DNA of 64,000 bases from Terriglobia bacterium (GCA_965198225.1 CBDAOY010000007.1:608001-672000), one strand, 5' to 3'. Positions 10,506 to 21,302 are shown, counted from the stretch's first letter. A program made the numbers and translations. Notes: generated by a model not told the origin, from the letters alone.

Positions 10506-11625
10506 TAGGTTTACCGGCTTTCTTTCGTTTCCTGCTCTGGAGGTTGTCGATTACGTGCGCCGAGGCGGTCGCCGGATCTCCGACGCGTGTGAGCCTCACA
10601 CTCTGAACGGGTTGAGTGATAAAACTGGAGACGAGGCAGAACTCATCGTACTGTCTGTCCCGATCGGTCACCGGTGCCGGCGTGTCGAACCGTCTGCGAA
10701 GTATTTCGCGCAAATCCTCCACGATTTCGTCAACGGCGTATTCTTCCACACCTTGAATCGATCCTGCGTGAACGAAAGCGAGTTTCCGTCGCTTCACGCT
10801 ATCGGCGTCCATGACAGCAACGAAGTCGAAGTTCCAGAGGTTGAAGTACGTGTCGTGGTGATCCTTTCGCGCGCGCCTCAGGCGATCCAGTTGCCTGCGG
10901 AGACGCTCGGCGTCTTCGAACTTCGTCTCTTCGGCGAGTTCCTCCATGCGGGCGAGCAGAGGCTCTTCGATTTCCGAGTCTTTGCCTTCGACAAATGCGA
11001 TCGCCCGGTCGATGTCCTCAAGGTATGCCTCGCGGTCGATGTCTCCGTTGCATGGTCTCGAACACGTGCGCATCTGGAAGTACAGGCAGTCCGGGTAAGG
11101 ATCGTTGCCGTGGATGTTGTACTGGCAGGGCCGGATCCTGAAGGTCCGTTCCAGCGTTGTCTTGAGCCGCTCCAACTGCGCTCGGCTTGCGAACGGTCCG
11201 AAGTACTCCACGCCGCGCTTGATCTGTCTCGTCGCATAGATCCGAGGAAAGCGTTGTCGGCGGTTGATCTTCATCATGCGAAACAACGGGAACGTCCTCA
11301 TCTTGCGGTAGGTTTCGGGGAACCAGCGTCGGCGTTCGCTATAGAGCAGGTAGAGTGTTTCCATTGGAGAGTCGGTCCGGCAGTATTCAATGCGGCCCGT
11401 GATCTCTGTCAGATCCAGAGCCCTGACGTCGTCGGCCTCGGGAAAGAAGAATCGTTCGATTCGTCGCGCCAGATTGTGTGTCTTTTCCAGGATCATGAGG
11501 TTTCCGTGGACGTCGAAGATCCTGAATACGCCCGATCGCTTGGGTATTTCGCAGAGAAGTTCGTTCCTCACCCGGCCTGAGGCGTAAGGGATGGTTTCAA
11601 ATTCGAACGGGACGGGCGTCGGCAT
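10486..11625 (-). CDS. UvrC N-terminal-like (Cho-like) protein with degenerate GIY-YIG domain, Cys cluster and UVR domain
   Basis: YFGPF, FRIRPC...CLYFQMRTCSRPC, MEELAEETKFEDAERLR; no RNase H-like or HhH C-terminus. Confidence 0.85.
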   Translation of the reverse strand: MPTPVPFEFETIPYASGRVRNELLCEIPKRSGVFRIFDVHGNLMILEKTHNLARRIERFFFPEADDVRALDLTEITGRIEYCRTDSPMETLYLLYSERRRWFPETYRKMRTFPLFRMMKINRRQRFPRIYATRQIKRGVEYFGPFASRAQLERLKTTLERTFRIRPCQYNIHGNDPYPDCLYFQMRTCSRPCNGDIDREAYLEDIDRAIAFVEGKDSEIEEPLLARMEELAEETKFEDAERLRRQLDRLRRARKDHHDTYFNLWNFDFVAVMDADSVKRRKLAFVHAGSIQGVEEYAVDEIVEDLREILRRRFDTPAPVTDRDRQYDEFCLVSSFITQPVQSVRLTRVGDPATASAHVIDNLQSRKRKKAGKPNVDTVS

Positions 11626-11669
11626 GAGAGGAACATTATAGGGGAGGAGTAGTCAGTAGGAAGATCGAG

Positions 11670-11761
11670 TGTAGGTGCGCTCTATGAGCGCACGGCGTTT
11701 GGGTACGAAGAGTGTGCGGTGTTTCGGTTCAAAGATTGTGCGGTCATAGACCGCACCTACA
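11670..11761. repeat. REPIN, family A
   Basis: TGTAGGTGCGCTCTATGAGCGCAC ... GTGCGGTCATAGACCGCACCTACA. Confidence 0.9.
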
Positions 11762-11772
11762 GCGGCAACGGC

Positions 11773-12690
11773 CTACTGATTCCCGTTCCACACCTCCCAG
11801 TGGAAGCGTAGCGACTCATCCGTATGCCGGCGGGCGTAATCCCATCCGTGGTTGCCGGGGAAGAGGTGGAATTCGTGGTCGATGCTTTTCGCCTCGAGGA
11901 CCTCGCTCAGCTGCGTCGCTCCGACGTAGAATCCGTACTCGTCTTCCGTTCCACAATCGAAATAGATTCGCAGACCATCCAGTCCGTCGCTTTCTCTGGC
12001 GATGCGCAGCGGGTTGTTTTCCTCCCAGTAGGCGAGGTCGTTCGACACGCCGAAAATGTTGTCGAACAGCGCGTAGAACATCCGGGCACGTCTCATGCCG
12101 ACGGCGGCGGCCGCGAAGTCATCGATCAGCATCGCGCTGTGCGCACTGACGGATCCAAAGAGGTCGGGATGCTTGAACGCCAGCTTCAAGGCGCCGTATC
12201 CACCCATGGATATGCCGCTCAGGGCTCGGCCGGCCCGCGTTCCTTCCGCTCGCGTTGTGGACTCGATCATCGGGACGAACTCGTCGGTGATCATGTCCTC
12301 CCACCGTTCCCCCGAGATCGAGTTCGTGTAGAAACTGTTCGCGCCGAAAGGAATCGCCACGATGAACTCCCCGATCTCACCCGCTTCCACCATGCGATCG
12401 AGCATGATGTCGGTTCGTCCACGGGTGCTCCACCGCCGCTCGTTTTCGTTCGCGCCGTGGAGGAAGAAGACTACGGGGTAGGTTCTCTCGCTCGTGTCGT
12501 ATGAAGGCGGGAGATAGAGAGCGTAGGAGATCTGGCGGCCCAGCAATTCGCTCCCGAAGGCCTTGTACTGGACTCTGGAACCTTCCGGGACGATGTCCCG
12601 GTTCCGGTCCCGACCGAAGCGGCGCTGGGCGGAAGCGCTCGAAGCAACGAGCAGAATGATGACCGCTAGGACCAGGCGGGTTTTCGACAT
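11773..12690 (-). CDS. Secreted esterase (alpha/beta hydrolase, tributyrin esterase/FGH-like)
   Basis: Signal peptide, YPVVFFLHG, GISMGG nucleophile elbow, DCGTED, GNHGW. Confidence 0.9.
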   Translation of the reverse strand: MSKTRLVLAVIILLVASSASAQRRFGRDRNRDIVPEGSRVQYKAFGSELLGRQISYALYLPPSYDTSERTYPVVFFLHGANENERRWSTRGRTDIMLDRMVEAGEIGEFIVAIPFGANSFYTNSISGERWEDMITDEFVPMIESTTRAEGTRAGRALSGISMGGYGALKLAFKHPDLFGSVSAHSAMLIDDFAAAAVGMRRARMFYALFDNIFGVSNDLAYWEENNPLRIARESDGLDGLRIYFDCGTEDEYGFYVGATQLSEVLEAKSIDHEFHLFPGNHGWDYARRHTDESLRFHWEVWNGNQ

Positions 12691-12693
12691 CGA

Positions 12694-13083
12694 CTATTTC
12701 TTTTCGGCGGTCGTTATTTCCTGGGGTGTTTTAGAGCTTTCTTCCGAGGCGGGGGAGCCGTCAAAGTGTTGAATCTGCAACGCCTCTGCGGCCTGGTCGG
12801 TCAGGTCGACGATCGCAGCGGCGTTGACGCCCATCGTGATCGCAATCGTTTCGCTCAGTTCATCCCGGGTTGCACCGTACTTGACGGCTTTCTTGATGTG
12901 CCCCTCGAGGCATCCGTTGCAATGCGTCGCCAGGGAAGCAGCGATTGCGATCAACTCCTTGGTTTTCCGGTCCAACACCGAGGTCTTGTACGTTTCCTGG
13001 TAGAAACGGAAGTAGATCTTCCGCATCCGGGGGTCGACCATGGTGTAGGACGGCCATCTTTCCTTGCCAGACTCGTCGGCCAT
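12694..13083 (-). CDS. Carboxymuconolactone decarboxylase/AhpD-like protein
   Basis: LDRKTKELIAIA...HCNGCLEGH...GATRDE. Confidence 0.88.
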   Translation of the reverse strand: MADESGKERWPSYTMVDPRMRKIYFRFYQETYKTSVLDRKTKELIAIAASLATHCNGCLEGHIKKAVKYGATRDELSETIAITMGVNAAAIVDLTDQAAEALQIQHFDGSPASEESSKTPQEITTAEKK

Positions 13084-13142
13084 GAAGGCTTCGCTCCTCT
13101 ATGTAACTATGTGTACGAAATCCAAGGCCGAAATGTTACGTG

Positions 13143-15125
13143 CTACGCCGCGATGTCGTCAAGGACGTCCCGAACGGCCCTGTTCAGCTTCTCGAGCGGG
13201 AATGGCTTGGGGAGGAAGCCCTGGACGCCGAGTACTTCGAGTGCGGCCAGCCGGTCCGGAGCCGTGTAGCCGCTGGCGACGAGGACCTTTGTTTCGGGAA
13301 AGCGCTCCCGGATTCTCCGGAGCGTCGACAACCCGTCCATCACAGGCATGATCATATCCAGGATGACCAGGTCGACTTCAGGCGTGATCCGATCCAGGGC
13401 TTCGGCGCCGTTTGACGCCGTTTGGACCGGGTAGCCCTGGTTGGACAGAGCCGCCGCCATCAGGCTCAACATCCGCTGTTCGTCGTCCACGACCAGGATT
13501 GTTTCCTCTCCCCCGTTGCTGGCCCGGTCTTCGCTCTCCGGTTTGCGAGCCGACCCGTCGGTGCTGGGAAAGTACATCAGAAACTCGGTACCCCGGCTCA
13601 ACTCGGTCCGTACCTCGATCGTGCCGCCGTGGCGTTGGAGGGTGCCGTAGACCATGCTCAGGCCCAGACCCGTCCCCCGGCCTTTGTCTTTGGTCGTGAA
13701 AAACGGATCGAAGATCTTGTCCAGGATGGCCCGATCGATGCCCGGACCGTCGTCCGCGACCGACAGGAGCACCCGCCCGGCTTCGGTGCTCGTGCGGAAA
13801 GTGATCTGGCCGCCGGAAGGCATTTCGTCACGAGCGTTGATTGCGAGATTGATCAGAACCTGGGTGATCTGGCCCTCATCGGCCCGTATGGGAGGGATCA
13901 CTCCAGGAACTATCTTCAGCTGGATCGTTCTGTCAATCGTCTCCCGCAAAAGCCGCGCCGTCTGGGCGACAACCTCATTCAGGTCGACCCGCTCCGAGGA
14001 ATGAGGTTCGTCGCGGGCGAGCGAGAGTAGACGGCCGGTCAGGTCCGACGCCCGGGTTGAGGCCTCGATGATGGTTGCGGCGCGCTCGGAATTCGTCCCT
14101 TCTCCTTCGGTCAGCTGGATCAGTTCCGCGGTCGGAAGGATGATTCCGATGATGTTGTTGAAGTCGTGCGCGATTCCGCTGGCGAGGGTTCCGATCGACT
14201 CCATCTTCTGGCTGCGACCGAGTTGCTCGGCGAGACGCTTCTGCTCTGTGACGTCGCGAATCACGACCGAGATCCGTTCACCGTCATCGACAGCATTGAT
14301 GAGGGCACTTACCTCGTCTTGGGACGGACGAGACAACGCGCACTCAAAATTCTGGATCGACCTGAAGATCTCGATCGTTCCACGGAACTGGCTCGCCGCG
14401 TGGTCGGAGCTGAACAGCTTCGGTAGCGACTCCCCGGCGTCGACCTGGGGGAACAATTCCCGCGCAGCGGGGTTCATATCGATGATCTTCCAGTGGCGAT
14501 CGCATATGTAGACTACGTCCTGCATACGCTCGACGAAGCTCCGGTATTTTGCCTCGGAAGTTCGCAGATGCTCGTAGAGCTGGATGTTCGATAGGGCTCC
14601 AGAGATCTGAGGGACCACCATCTGCAAGGTCCGCAGCGTAGAGGCGTTGAAGGCGCCGGCTTCGTCGTCGGTCAGGATCAGCACCCCCTGCGTGGTGCCC
14701 CTGCTTGTGAGAGGGATGAGCAGCCAAGACTGAAAGTCGTGCGGTAAAGGCCATTCTCCTCCACCGTGCCGGTCCTCCAGGCATTCGATGTAAGTTGCGT
14801 CGTTGGGGTTTTCCAACACCCGCCTCAGGTTTTCGGCAGGGATCGAGGCCGGGAATCCATCGGTTCTGCCGAAAAGCACCGACACGGCCTCGATCTGGAA
14901 GAAATGCTCGTTCGCCGTGTACAGCGCGACGTACCTGCAGAGAGTGGTTTCGGCTATCAGTTCGACCAGTTCCAGGCTCAGGTCGCTGACCGTGTTGTGG
15001 CGGCTGACCGCCTCGCCGATCCGGCTGACGAAGGACAGCTCTTCGATCTTCTTCCGGAAGGCATCGTTCGCCTTCTCCATTGCTTCGCTGAGCTGCGCGA
15101 CGCGCCTGTCGTTGTCGGATGTCAT
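13143..15125 (-). CDS. Hybrid sensor histidine kinase (GAF-PAS-HisKA-HATPase-REC)
   Basis: GIAHDFNN H-box, [23 protein letters not shown]-terminal receiver (LVVDDE, DMIMP). Confidence 0.95.
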   Translation of the reverse strand: MTSDNDRRVAQLSEAMEKANDAFRKKIEELSFVSRIGEAVSRHNTVSDLSLELVELIAETTLCRYVALYTANEHFFQIEAVSVLFGRTDGFPASIPAENLRRVLENPNDATYIECLEDRHGGGEWPLPHDFQSWLLIPLTSRGTTQGVLILTDDEAGAFNASTLRTLQMVVPQISGALSNIQLYEHLRTSEAKYRSFVERMQDVVYICDRHWKIIDMNPAARELFPQVDAGESLPKLFSSDHAASQFRGTIEIFRSIQNFECALSRPSQDEVSALINAVDDGERISVVIRDVTEQKRLAEQLGRSQKMESIGTLASGIAHDFNNIIGIILPTAELIQLTEGEGTNSERAATIIEASTRASDLTGRLLSLARDEPHSSERVDLNEVVAQTARLLRETIDRTIQLKIVPGVIPPIRADEGQITQVLINLAINARDEMPSGGQITFRTSTEAGRVLLSVADDGPGIDRAILDKIFDPFFTTKDKGRGTGLGLSMVYGTLQRHGGTIEVRTELSRGTEFLMYFPSTDGSARKPESEDRASNGGEETILVVDDEQRMLSLMAAALSNQGYPVQTASNGAEALDRITPEVDLVILDMIMPVMDGLSTLRRIRERFPETKVLVASGYTAPDRLAALEVLGVQGFLPKPFPLEKLNRAVRDVLDDIAA

Positions 15126-15128
15126 TGT

Positions 15129-15968
15129 CTAAACCAGACTCAAGAAGGCTTCGATCTGGCCTCTCTGGTCTTCCAGCTGTTCGACCAGTCGGGTGTAATG
15201 GGCTTCGCTCAATCCGAAGGCTTCGATCTGCGCCGCCCCGTCAGCTTGTTCTCCTCCCAGTCCCATGTCGATATGGGTCGCCGCGGCATCGGCGATCCGG
15301 ATCACGTGGATGAGATCGTTTTCTTCCTGCGTGTTTCCCCCGCCCGAGTGGTGTCCGGCGATTCCCGCGATGAGCGCCGGAGGGAGCTGCCATCTTTCGG
15401 CCAGCCAGCCACCAGCTTGGGCGTGATCGACTTCGAGGACGCGGCGCTCGACTTCATCGAGCGGCGTGTCGTCATCGATCGCCAGCCGCACCCCGCCATA
15501 AGCCTCGGGAAAACACATTTCCAGTACCAGCGCCCCGATGTCATGGAGCAACCCCGCGCAGAACGCTTCTTCGGGTGGGATGCGGCCGGACTCTTCGGCG
15601 ATCAGTGAGGCCGCATGGGCAGCGGCTATCGAATGCTGCCAGAACCGAGTTCGTTCCGGATTGCCTTTTGACCCCCAGGACTGGATAACAAAGACTCCCA
15701 GCGAGAGTTGCTTGAGCATCGCGGTACCGATGATGGCGATGGCATGGTTGAGCGTCCGTACGCGGGCACGGTGCCCGTAATAGGCGGAATTGGCGAGGCC
15801 GAGCACCTTCGCGGTCAGAGCCTGGTCGCGGCTCACCATCGCGGCCAGCGACTGGTAGCTGTTGCTCTCTTCATCCGCCGCCATCAATATCTTGCGTGCC
15901 ACCACCGGTAGGGTCGGCAGATCGCGCAGCGAATAGATTTGTCGCTTCAGATCGACAGCCGTCGGCAT
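15129..15968 (-). CDS. HDOD domain protein
   Basis: LPTLP, LANSAYY, FWQHS, GLLHDIG and HAQAGGWLAERWQLP motifs. Confidence 0.93.
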   Translation of the reverse strand: MPTAVDLKRQIYSLRDLPTLPVVARKILMAADEESNSYQSLAAMVSRDQALTAKVLGLANSAYYGHRARVRTLNHAIAIIGTAMLKQLSLGVFVIQSWGSKGNPERTRFWQHSIAAAHAASLIAEESGRIPPEEAFCAGLLHDIGALVLEMCFPEAYGGVRLAIDDDTPLDEVERRVLEVDHAQAGGWLAERWQLPPALIAGIAGHHSGGGNTQEENDLIHVIRIADAAATHIDMGLGGEQADGAAQIEAFGLSEAHYTRLVEQLEDQRGQIEAFLSLV

Positions 15969-16345
15969 ACGAGTATCCTCTTATTGTGAATCGGCGGCCG
16001 CCTGAGGGAACATTAGTCCGCAAGGGACGCGTGCTGAGCCAAGAGAAAGCGCCGAAACAGGTTCAAGATGTGTTCTTGAGACCGCCCGGTCGCCGCCATC
16101 TGCATGCCAAAAAGACCACTTGCGCACATTCGGCGCCACCGTTATAGTTTCTACGGTCTTGGCGGATCCTTACCGGTAGCGGGTTTGCGCGACCAGTGCG
16201 ACTGTCCCTCCTGAGATGATCTGGAGTCCAGAATCCGGTCGCGCCGAACTCGAATCCCATGTGGCTGATTAACCAGAGAAACCGCAGTTGTTTGCCACGG
16301 CGCAAGCGGCAGGGGTGATGGGCCCGTATTCGCGTACTTTCGAAG

Positions 16346-16978
16346 ATGAAGAGCGAACTTAGCAGGAGAAACGTCAGAAGAGGGGTTGCGCTGGGGGCCC
16401 TCGTCGTTCTTGCCGGGATCAGCTGGGGGCTCCTGAAGGAGGGCTCCGTGATAGGCCAGTCGACCCCCCCTCCCTCCCCCCAGCGGATTTCACCCGTATT
16501 CACACCGGCGCACCGGACACTGGGGGAGGCCGTGAGGCACTTCTTCATGCTGCGGCCCGAACCCGTACAGCCCCTTGCGTATTCGCACAGGGCGCACATT
16601 GAATCGGGCGTTCTGGACTGCGTGGACTGTCACGACGGCGTGGAGACCGGCCCGATCGCGCACATTCCGAGCGTGACGTTGTGCATGGACTGCCATGATT
16701 TCATCGCCACCGAGAGTCCAGCGATTCAGACTCTCACGGCCTATTACGAGCGAAACGAGGAACCACCGTGGCAGCGCGTATACGGATGGTACGAAGAAGC
16801 CCATGTGCGCTTCAATCACGCCCCGCACATCCGCGCCCAAGTCGAGTGTTCCACGTGCCACGGCGATGTTGGCCAGATGACTGTCGCCGAACGGGTCGTG
16901 GACCACACCATGGGCTTCTGCATCAACTGTCACGAGCAGGAACAGGCGTCGAACGACTGCCTGGTGTGCCACTACTAG
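16346..16978 (+). CDS. Membrane-anchored pentaheme cytochrome c (ActA/QrcA-like)
   Basis: N-terminal TM helix; five CxxCH motifs (CVDCH, CMDCH, CSTCH, CINCH, CLVCH). Confidence 0.92.
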   Translation: MKSELSRRNVRRGVALGALVVLAGISWGLLKEGSVIGQSTPPPSPQRISPVFTPAHRTLGEAVRHFFMLRPEPVQPLAYSHRAHIESGVLDCVDCHDGVETGPIAHIPSVTLCMDCHDFIATESPAIQTLTAYYERNEEPPWQRVYGWYEEAHVRFNHAPHIRAQVECSTCHGDVGQMTVAERVVDHTMGFCINCHEQEQASNDCLVCHY

Positions 16979-16981
16979 AAA

Positions 16982-19222
16982 ATGGATCGTCGCGAATTTG
17001 TCAGAATCACGGCTGCCACGGGCGCGAGCGCTACGCTCGCTGGTTGCGGCAACCCGGAAAATCAGCTGATTCGCTTCATCCCGGATGAGCAACTTATACC
17101 GGGACAGTCGATCCTGAAACCAGGCGTCTGTCCCCTCTGCACGGCCGGGTGCGGCCTGCAAGTACGGGTTATGGAAGGGGATGTCGAGGTCGTCCGGAAT
17201 GGCCAGGCGGGCGTGACGACCAAGGGGCTGGCCAAGAAGCTGGAAGGCAACCCGGAACATCCCGTGAGCCAGGGCAAGCTCTGCGTGCGCGGGCAGGCGG
17301 CGATCCAGGTGACCTACCACCCCGACCGCATCACGCAACCGCTGAAGCGATCCGGCGAGCGGGGCTCCGGTCAGTTCGAGCCCGTGTCCTGGGAAGAAGC
17401 GCAGGCCGAATTGGTGTCTCAACTGGATGCTTTAGCCGCAGCCGGCAACCAGGATGCATTGGGCTTCCTGACTCGACCCCTGAGCGGAGGGCGCCGCGAT
17501 CTGATCGACGAGTTCCTGGGCCGCTTCGGCGCTGGGCCGGCGATAACCTTCGAGGTCTTCGGGGATCAGGTGCTGCGCCGTGCCAACGCGTTGAGCTTCG
17601 GTTTCGAGCAGCTTCCGACGCTGGACCTCGGACGGTCGAATTACATCATCGGGTTCGGAGCTGATTTTCTGGGGACCTGGAATTCGCCTGTCGCCCAGAA
17701 CATCGCCTACGGTGAGATGCGGAAGGGCCGTCCGGGTGTTCGCGGCAAGTTCGTCCAGGTCGAGCCGCGGATGTCTCAGACGGGCGCGAACGCCGACGAA
17801 TGGGTTCCCGTGAGTACCGGCACCGAGGGTGTTCTGGCTCTTGGGATCGCCCACCTCATTATCGATTCTGGACAAGCAACACCGGACGACGCGGGCCGGG
17901 CCGGTGAATTGATCGAGGGTTGGGCCGACGGTCTGCCATCCTACGAACCCGAACAGGTCGAGGAGATTACCGGAGTCGCTTCGGAACGCCTTAGGCGGCT
18001 GGCGCGAGAATTCGCAGACAACGGCCCGGCCGTGGCCCTCGTCGGCGGCGCGCCGTTGGCGCAGACCAACGGTCTCTTCCACGCGCTCGCAGTGAACGCC
18101 CTGAATGCACTGGTGGGAAGCGTCCAGCAAGCGGGAGGCGTCGTATTCACCCCGAGGGCGGCTGCGTTCGGAGGTCCACCCCGCGAGGCGCCCTCCGTTC
18201 GCGACCTCGCCGCTCGCGCAAGGGACGCCGGGGAATCTCCGTTGCAGGTACTTCTACTCAACGACACCAACCCCGTCTTCGGAGCTCCGCCGGCCTGGGG
18301 TGTCGGAGACGCGCTGTCTTCAATTCCCTACATCGCCAGCTTCGGAAACTTTGTTGACGAGACGAACACCCTCGCCGACCTGATTCTTCCGGATCATTCT
18401 TTCCTCGAGTCGTGGGTTGACGCCGTGCCCGAGTCCGGAACGACGATGGCCGTAGCGAGCCTGGCTCCTCCGGCAATGCGACCGCTTCACGAGACACGGG
18501 CCATGCCCGATGTTCTTTTAGAGGTCGGGCGGAGTCTCGCCCAGCCCCTGGATCCGGTACTTCCGTGGCAGAGTTACGAGGAACTCTTGCGAGCGAAGTT
18601 CGAAGCCCTTCCCGTTGCGGAGGGGTCCTCAAACATTTGGGCCAGCGCGCGGCTGCAGGGCGGATGGTGGAGCGAACTCCCGCTCGAGGAACCCTCCGGC
18701 GGGGATCCGGGTCGAGACCCTGTGGCCTTTACAGAAGCCGCATTCGACGGCGAGGACGGCCAGTATGCCTATCACTTTCTTCCCTTCGCGTCGCAGGCGT
18801 TCCTGGATGGCTCGCTGGCTCACCTGCCCTGGCTGCAGGAGCTCCCGGACGTGCTCTCAACGGCGATGTGGAGCAGTTGGGTGGAAATCAACGCCACGAC
18901 GGCGGCCGGTTTGGGCATCGCGCAGGGTGACCTCGTCGAAGTCACGTCTTCTGAAGGCAGCATTCGCGCGCCTGCGTTCCCCTCGCCGGCTATCGCACCC
19001 GACGTGATCGCGATGCCGGTGGGTCAGGGACATGAGACGTTCACCCGCTACGCGAGCGGCCGAGGCGCCAATCCCATCCGCATTCTTGCGCCGCTGGAGG
19101 AGCCTGAAACCGGCGAGCTTGCGTGGGCGGCTACACGCGTGCGTATTTCAAGGGTCGACGGTGAGGGCGAACTCATTCTGTTCGGCGGAGCCCTGAGGGA
19201 ACATCCGGAACATTCGAGGTAA
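16982..19222 (+). CDS. Molybdopterin oxidoreductase-fold subunit (ActB1/QrcB-like), Tat lipoprotein
   Basis: DRREFV Tat motif followed by LAGC; CPLCTAGC...GKLCVRG; ADLILP; C-terminal molybdopterin dinucleotide-binding domain. Confidence 0.9.
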   Translation: MDRREFVRITAATGASATLAGCGNPENQLIRFIPDEQLIPGQSILKPGVCPLCTAGCGLQVRVMEGDVEVVRNGQAGVTTKGLAKKLEGNPEHPVSQGKLCVRGQAAIQVTYHPDRITQPLKRSGERGSGQFEPVSWEEAQAELVSQLDALAAAGNQDALGFLTRPLSGGRRDLIDEFLGRFGAGPAITFEVFGDQVLRRANALSFGFEQLPTLDLGRSNYIIGFGADFLGTWNSPVAQNIAYGEMRKGRPGVRGKFVQVEPRMSQTGANADEWVPVSTGTEGVLALGIAHLIIDSGQATPDDAGRAGELIEGWADGLPSYEPEQVEEITGVASERLRRLAREFADNGPAVALVGGAPLAQTNGLFHALAVNALNALVGSVQQAGGVVFTPRAAAFGGPPREAPSVRDLAARARDAGESPLQVLLLNDTNPVFGAPPAWGVGDALSSIPYIASFGNFVDETNTLADLILPDHSFLESWVDAVPESGTTMAVASLAPPAMRPLHETRAMPDVLLEVGRSLAQPLDPVLPWQSYEELLRAKFEALPVAEGSSNIWASARLQGGWWSELPLEEPSGGDPGRDPVAFTEAAFDGEDGQYAYHFLPFASQAFLDGSLAHLPWLQELPDVLSTAMWSSWVEINATTAAGLGIAQGDLVEVTSSEGSIRAPAFPSPAIAPDVIAMPVGQGHETFTRYASGRGANPIRILAPLEEPETGELAWAATRVRISRVDGEGELILFGGALREHPEHSR

Positions 19223-19225
19223 AAG

Positions 19226-19969
19226 ATGCAGGAAGAGCAAGAGCAGCAGGCGGCCCCGAGGGATGGTTATCGTTGGGGCATGGCGGTGGACCTGGATCGT
19301 TGTACGGGATGCGAAGCCTGTGTAACGGCATGCCACGCGGAAAACAACATCCCGACCGTCGGTCCGGATCAAGCGGGCCGGGGACGGGCGATGCACTGGA
19401 TCCGGGTCGAGCGCTATTTCGAAGGCGAGTTTCCAGACGTGCAGGTGAAATTCAGGCCCGTCTTCTGTCAGCAGTGCGACAACGCCCCGTGTGAGCCGGT
19501 CTGCCCGACCTACGCCAGCCATCATACCGAGGAGGGCCTGAACGCGCAGGTGTACAACCGGTGTATCGGCACACGGTACTGTGCCAACGCCTGCCCGTAC
19601 AGCGTGCGCTTCTTCAACTTCTACAATCCCGAATGGGACAAGCCACTCCATCTTCAGCTGAACCCGGATGTGTCCGTGCGCGAAGTCGGCGTCATGGAAA
19701 AATGCACGTTCTGCACACAGCGGATCAACGCAGCCAAGATCGAAGCCAAGGCCAGCGACGAAACCCTGCAGGACGGGGCGCTAAAGCCGGCCTGCGTCCA
19801 ATCATGCACCGCGAACGCGTTGGTCTTTGGTGATCTGAACGATCCTGAAAGCGAGGTTGCAAGGCTCTCGCGTTCCCCGCGGGGAACCAAGTTGCTCGAG
19901 GATCTTGGCACGCAGCCGTCGGTAACCTATCTCCAGCGGGAATCCTGGCATGAATCCGGCGACCGATAA
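19226..19969 (+). CDS. 4Fe-4S ferredoxin subunit (ActB2/QrcC/NrfC-like)
   Basis: CTGCEACVTAC, CQQCDNAPCEPVCP, CIGTRYCANACP, EKCTFC. Confidence 0.95.
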   Translation: MQEEQEQQAAPRDGYRWGMAVDLDRCTGCEACVTACHAENNIPTVGPDQAGRGRAMHWIRVERYFEGEFPDVQVKFRPVFCQQCDNAPCEPVCPTYASHHTEEGLNAQVYNRCIGTRYCANACPYSVRFFNFYNPEWDKPLHLQLNPDVSVREVGVMEKCTFCTQRINAAKIEAKASDETLQDGALKPACVQSCTANALVFGDLNDPESEVARLSRSPRGTKLLEDLGTQPSVTYLQRESWHESGDR

Positions 19970-21302
19970 CAAGATGACGGACGACCTGCTTCGTCCGCTG
20001 CTCCACACCTCAGCGAAGTTCTACCTAGCGGTGGTGTTCTTCGGCGCCATAGTCGCCGCAGGCTTTGCGGCGTGGGGGTACCAGGCCTACAACGGGATCG
20101 GCGTTGCGGGCATCAACTCACCGGTCTTCTGGGGTTTCTATCTCGTCAACTTCGTCTTTTGGATCGGGATCAGTCATGCCGGCACGCTGATCTCGGCGAT
20201 CCTTCGACTGACGAACGCCACATGGAGACGCCCGGTCACGCGATGCGCTGAAGTCATCACTGCGTTCGCTCTGATGATTGGTGGGCTGTTCCCACTCATC
20301 CATCTAGGCCGCGTCTGGCTGTTCTACTTCTTGATCCCATACCCCAACCAGAGGGAGCTGTGGCCGAACTTCCGATCGCCTCTCGTCTGGGACTTCTTCG
20401 CGATCAACACGTACCTGCTCTCGAGCCTTCTCTTTCTCGCGCTGCCGATGATTCCCGACTTTGCGCTCATCCGGGACCGGACGTCCGGAATGAGGAGCAG
20501 GATCTACGGCCTGCTGAGCCTGGGCTGGCAGGGGACGCCCAAGCAGTGGCATCGTCTGGAGAGCGCCATGCATATCATGGCGATCGCCATTGTTCCGATT
20601 GCGGTGTCGGTGCACACGGTTGTGTCGTTTGATTTTTCCATGTCGGTCGTGCCGATGTGGCATACGGCGATCTTCGGTCCGTACTTTGTCGCAGGGGCGA
20701 TCTTCAGCGGCATCGGCGCGCTGGTCATCGCGATGGCGGTAATCCGGAAGCTGCTCCACCTGGAAGAGTACCTGAGACCGATCCACTTCCAGAACCTCGC
20801 GAAGCTGCTTCTGACGATGAGCCTGCTCTGGGGCTACTTCGTCTTCAACGAGCGGCTCACGGTCTGGTACGGTAACGAAACACACGAGAAGGGGGTTTTC
20901 TGGGCTACCCAGACCGGTGAGTTCGCCCCGTTCTTCTGGGTCATGCTGCTGGTCAATTTCGTGCTCCCCATCGTGATCATTGGCGTTCGGAGGTTCCGGA
21001 CGATAACCGGTATCGTCATCGCGTCCTGCGGCGTGGTGTTAGGCATGTGGCTGGAGCGCTTCTTGATCGTCATTCCGTCGCTGTCCTATAAGCAACTGAC
21101 TTACTCATGGGGGAGCTACGCCCCGACCTCCGTGGAGCTGACGATCATGGTCGCCACGTTCGCAGGTATGGCGCTGCTCTATATTCTGTTCTGCAAGTTC
21201 GTCCCGATCATCTCCATCTGGGAACTCAAAGTGGGCCAGCATCCGGAAATAAAGGCCGCGGAGTCTGTGGCTGAAGCCGAGGCGGCGGGAGAACTTGTAT
21301 GA
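19950..21302 (+). CDS. NrfD-family polytopic membrane subunit (ActC/QrcD-like)
   Basis: NFVFWIGISHAGTLISAIL, HLGR, NFRSPLVWD, SVHTVVSFDF and GMWLERF motifs. Confidence 0.95.
   Translation: MNPATDNKMTDDLLRPLLHTSAKFYLAVVFFGAIVAAGFAAWGYQAYNGIGVAGINSPVFWGFYLVNFVFWIGISHAGTLISAILRLTNATWRRPVTRCAEVITAFALMIGGLFPLIHLGRVWLFYFLIPYPNQRELWPNFRSPLVWDFFAINTYLLSSLLFLALPMIPDFALIRDRTSGMRSRIYGLLSLGWQGTPKQWHRLESAMHIMAIAIVPIAVSVHTVVSFDFSMSVVPMWHTAIFGPYFVAGAIFSGIGALVIAMAVIRKLLHLEEYLRPIHFQNLAKLLLTMSLLWGYFVFNERLTVWYGNETHEKGVFWATQTGEFAPFFWVMLLVNFVLPIVIIGVRRFRTITGIVIASCGVVLGMWLERFLIVIPSLSYKQLTYSWGSYAPTSVELTIMVATFAGMALLYILFCKFVPIISIWELKVGQHPEIKAAESVAEAEAAGELV

Noticed and set aside
10555-11580. Long antisense ORFs (also 5323-6279, 22188-23111, 49635-50666 and others)
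   Set aside because: They are antisense shadows of well-supported genes, as expected in high-GC DNA.
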